A DNA stretch of 64,000 nt. Source: Blepharisma stoltei ATCC 30299 (taxonomy: Eukaryota > Protista > Ciliophora). The notes under the pieces were generated by a model, which saw nothing but the letters and a program-made list of their open reading frames with translations, made no database searches and was not told the origin of the DNA. Location of the stretch: assembly GCA_965603825.1 (NCBI GenBank), contig CBFDEM010000055.1:372001-436000 (forward strand). Direction: 5' to 3'. Both the position numbers and the translations under genes were made by a program. Positions 63,018-64,000 of the stretch are shown in pieces (the first letter of the stretch is position 1; the number at the start of each line of letters is the position of its first letter).

Positions 63018-64000
63018 ATGTGATTGCTGCTCCCTTTCACATTCATTGCAATCTCTCAAGCATCTTATTTTGAATGTGAAAGCGAATGGGGAAAAATATT
63101 ACAAGCCAGCCAAGACATTCTGAGCCCAAATCCTTCAGACTACACAAAGATGTTTTTGTACTCAGGATTCATGATAAATGATCTTGGCCAATACGACCCT
63201 TGCAATGATTTATCTATTTCTAAATACACTTTAATAGTGCTTTTCCCTTATCCAAGTATGCTAATTGCACTATGCGGGCCTAAAGTTTGCACAGCAGAGG
63301 ATTATCAGCAGCTTCTGGCAAATCATACATTTTATCAGACCATATCAGAAAAAATACAATTTCATAACCCTTTAATTGATTTAGAGCAGCTTAAAGCTGC
63401 TGAAACAGCATTGCCTGTGATTTTTCCTAAAGAGTATATTGATGATAATTTCGAAGATTTTAGTACCGGAGCAATTCTTATGATAACTTTTATTTGCATT
63501 GTTGGAGTGATAGGACTTTATGCAACATCTCTCGAATACTATTTATTGTCGAAAAAATCGAAAGAAATAGTGGCAGAAAAAGCAGAAATGATAGAGCCAA
63601 GAGCTGAGGATTCAACTTTGGTTAAGTTAGTCCTATGTTTTTCATTAATTTCTAATACCAAAAAGCTTTTTGTCAGTAGAAGTCAAGAAAGGCTTGGAAA
63701 AAAAGACTCAATGGAATTATTAAATAGTGTAAGAGTGTTATCCATCAGCTGGGTTCTCAATGGTCACGTCCTTTTGATGCTTTATTATGTTACAGTCATA
63801 TCCAACGCTGATACTTATATTAAAGAAGTTTCCAAATCTCAATATATAATCCCATTAGCTGGAGAGTTTGCTGTTGATACCTTTTTTTGAGTGTCAGGTT
63901 TTCTCGTCACATATTTGCTTATCCACGATATAAATAATTCAAAGAAAATGAACTGGCTTATGATTTACGTTCACAGGTATCTTCGTATAACACCTTTATA
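63018..64000 (+). CDS. NRF-6-type acyltransferase, copy 3 (runs off the window)
   Basis: Starts ATG-TGA-TTG (M-W-L) with the same motifs; open at the window end. Confidence 0.88.

Noticed and set aside
1-64000. tRNA, rRNA, CRISPR arrays, transposase or reverse-transcriptase genes
   Set aside because: None recognised by eye; the sequence is eukaryotic and has no regularly spaced repeats.

Overview
Gene-dense, AT-rich eukaryotic DNA, almost certainly the macronuclear (somatic) genome of a heterotrich ciliate, most likely Blepharisma. Two properties read directly from the sequence support this. (1) TGA encodes Trp: the standard-code ORF track is cut at conserved Trp positions, paralogs swap TGA/TGG, and every reconstructed gene ends in TAA or TAG. 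(2) The introns are 15-16 nt GT-AG. Re-reading with TGA=Trp gives about 45 genes, including a CEP164-like WW protein, a MAPK-like pseudokinase, a 4.3-kb tandem duplication of a Venus-flytrap/multi-TM receptor, R2R3 Myb, CUE-Smr, UAP56, catalase, guanylate kinase, cyclin B, two Cys-GPx, MOSC/mARC, PP2A-B56, ATG18/WIPI, MBF1, RPS15, SSNA1 and three NRF-6-type acyltransferases. The most unusual locus is a STIL-like gene (44501-46397, minus strand). It keeps its conserved motifs but carries two in-frame TAGs (one at a conserved Trp), two ~100-bp TA-bounded IES-like inserts and a 1-nt frameshift. Other leads are a ~400-nt structured non-coding island at 10.1-10.55 kb, an ORF-poor transcription-unit-like island at 5.9-6.8 kb and a GNAT+serpin-like fusion protein. 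All family assignments come from motif recognition by eye; no searches were run.
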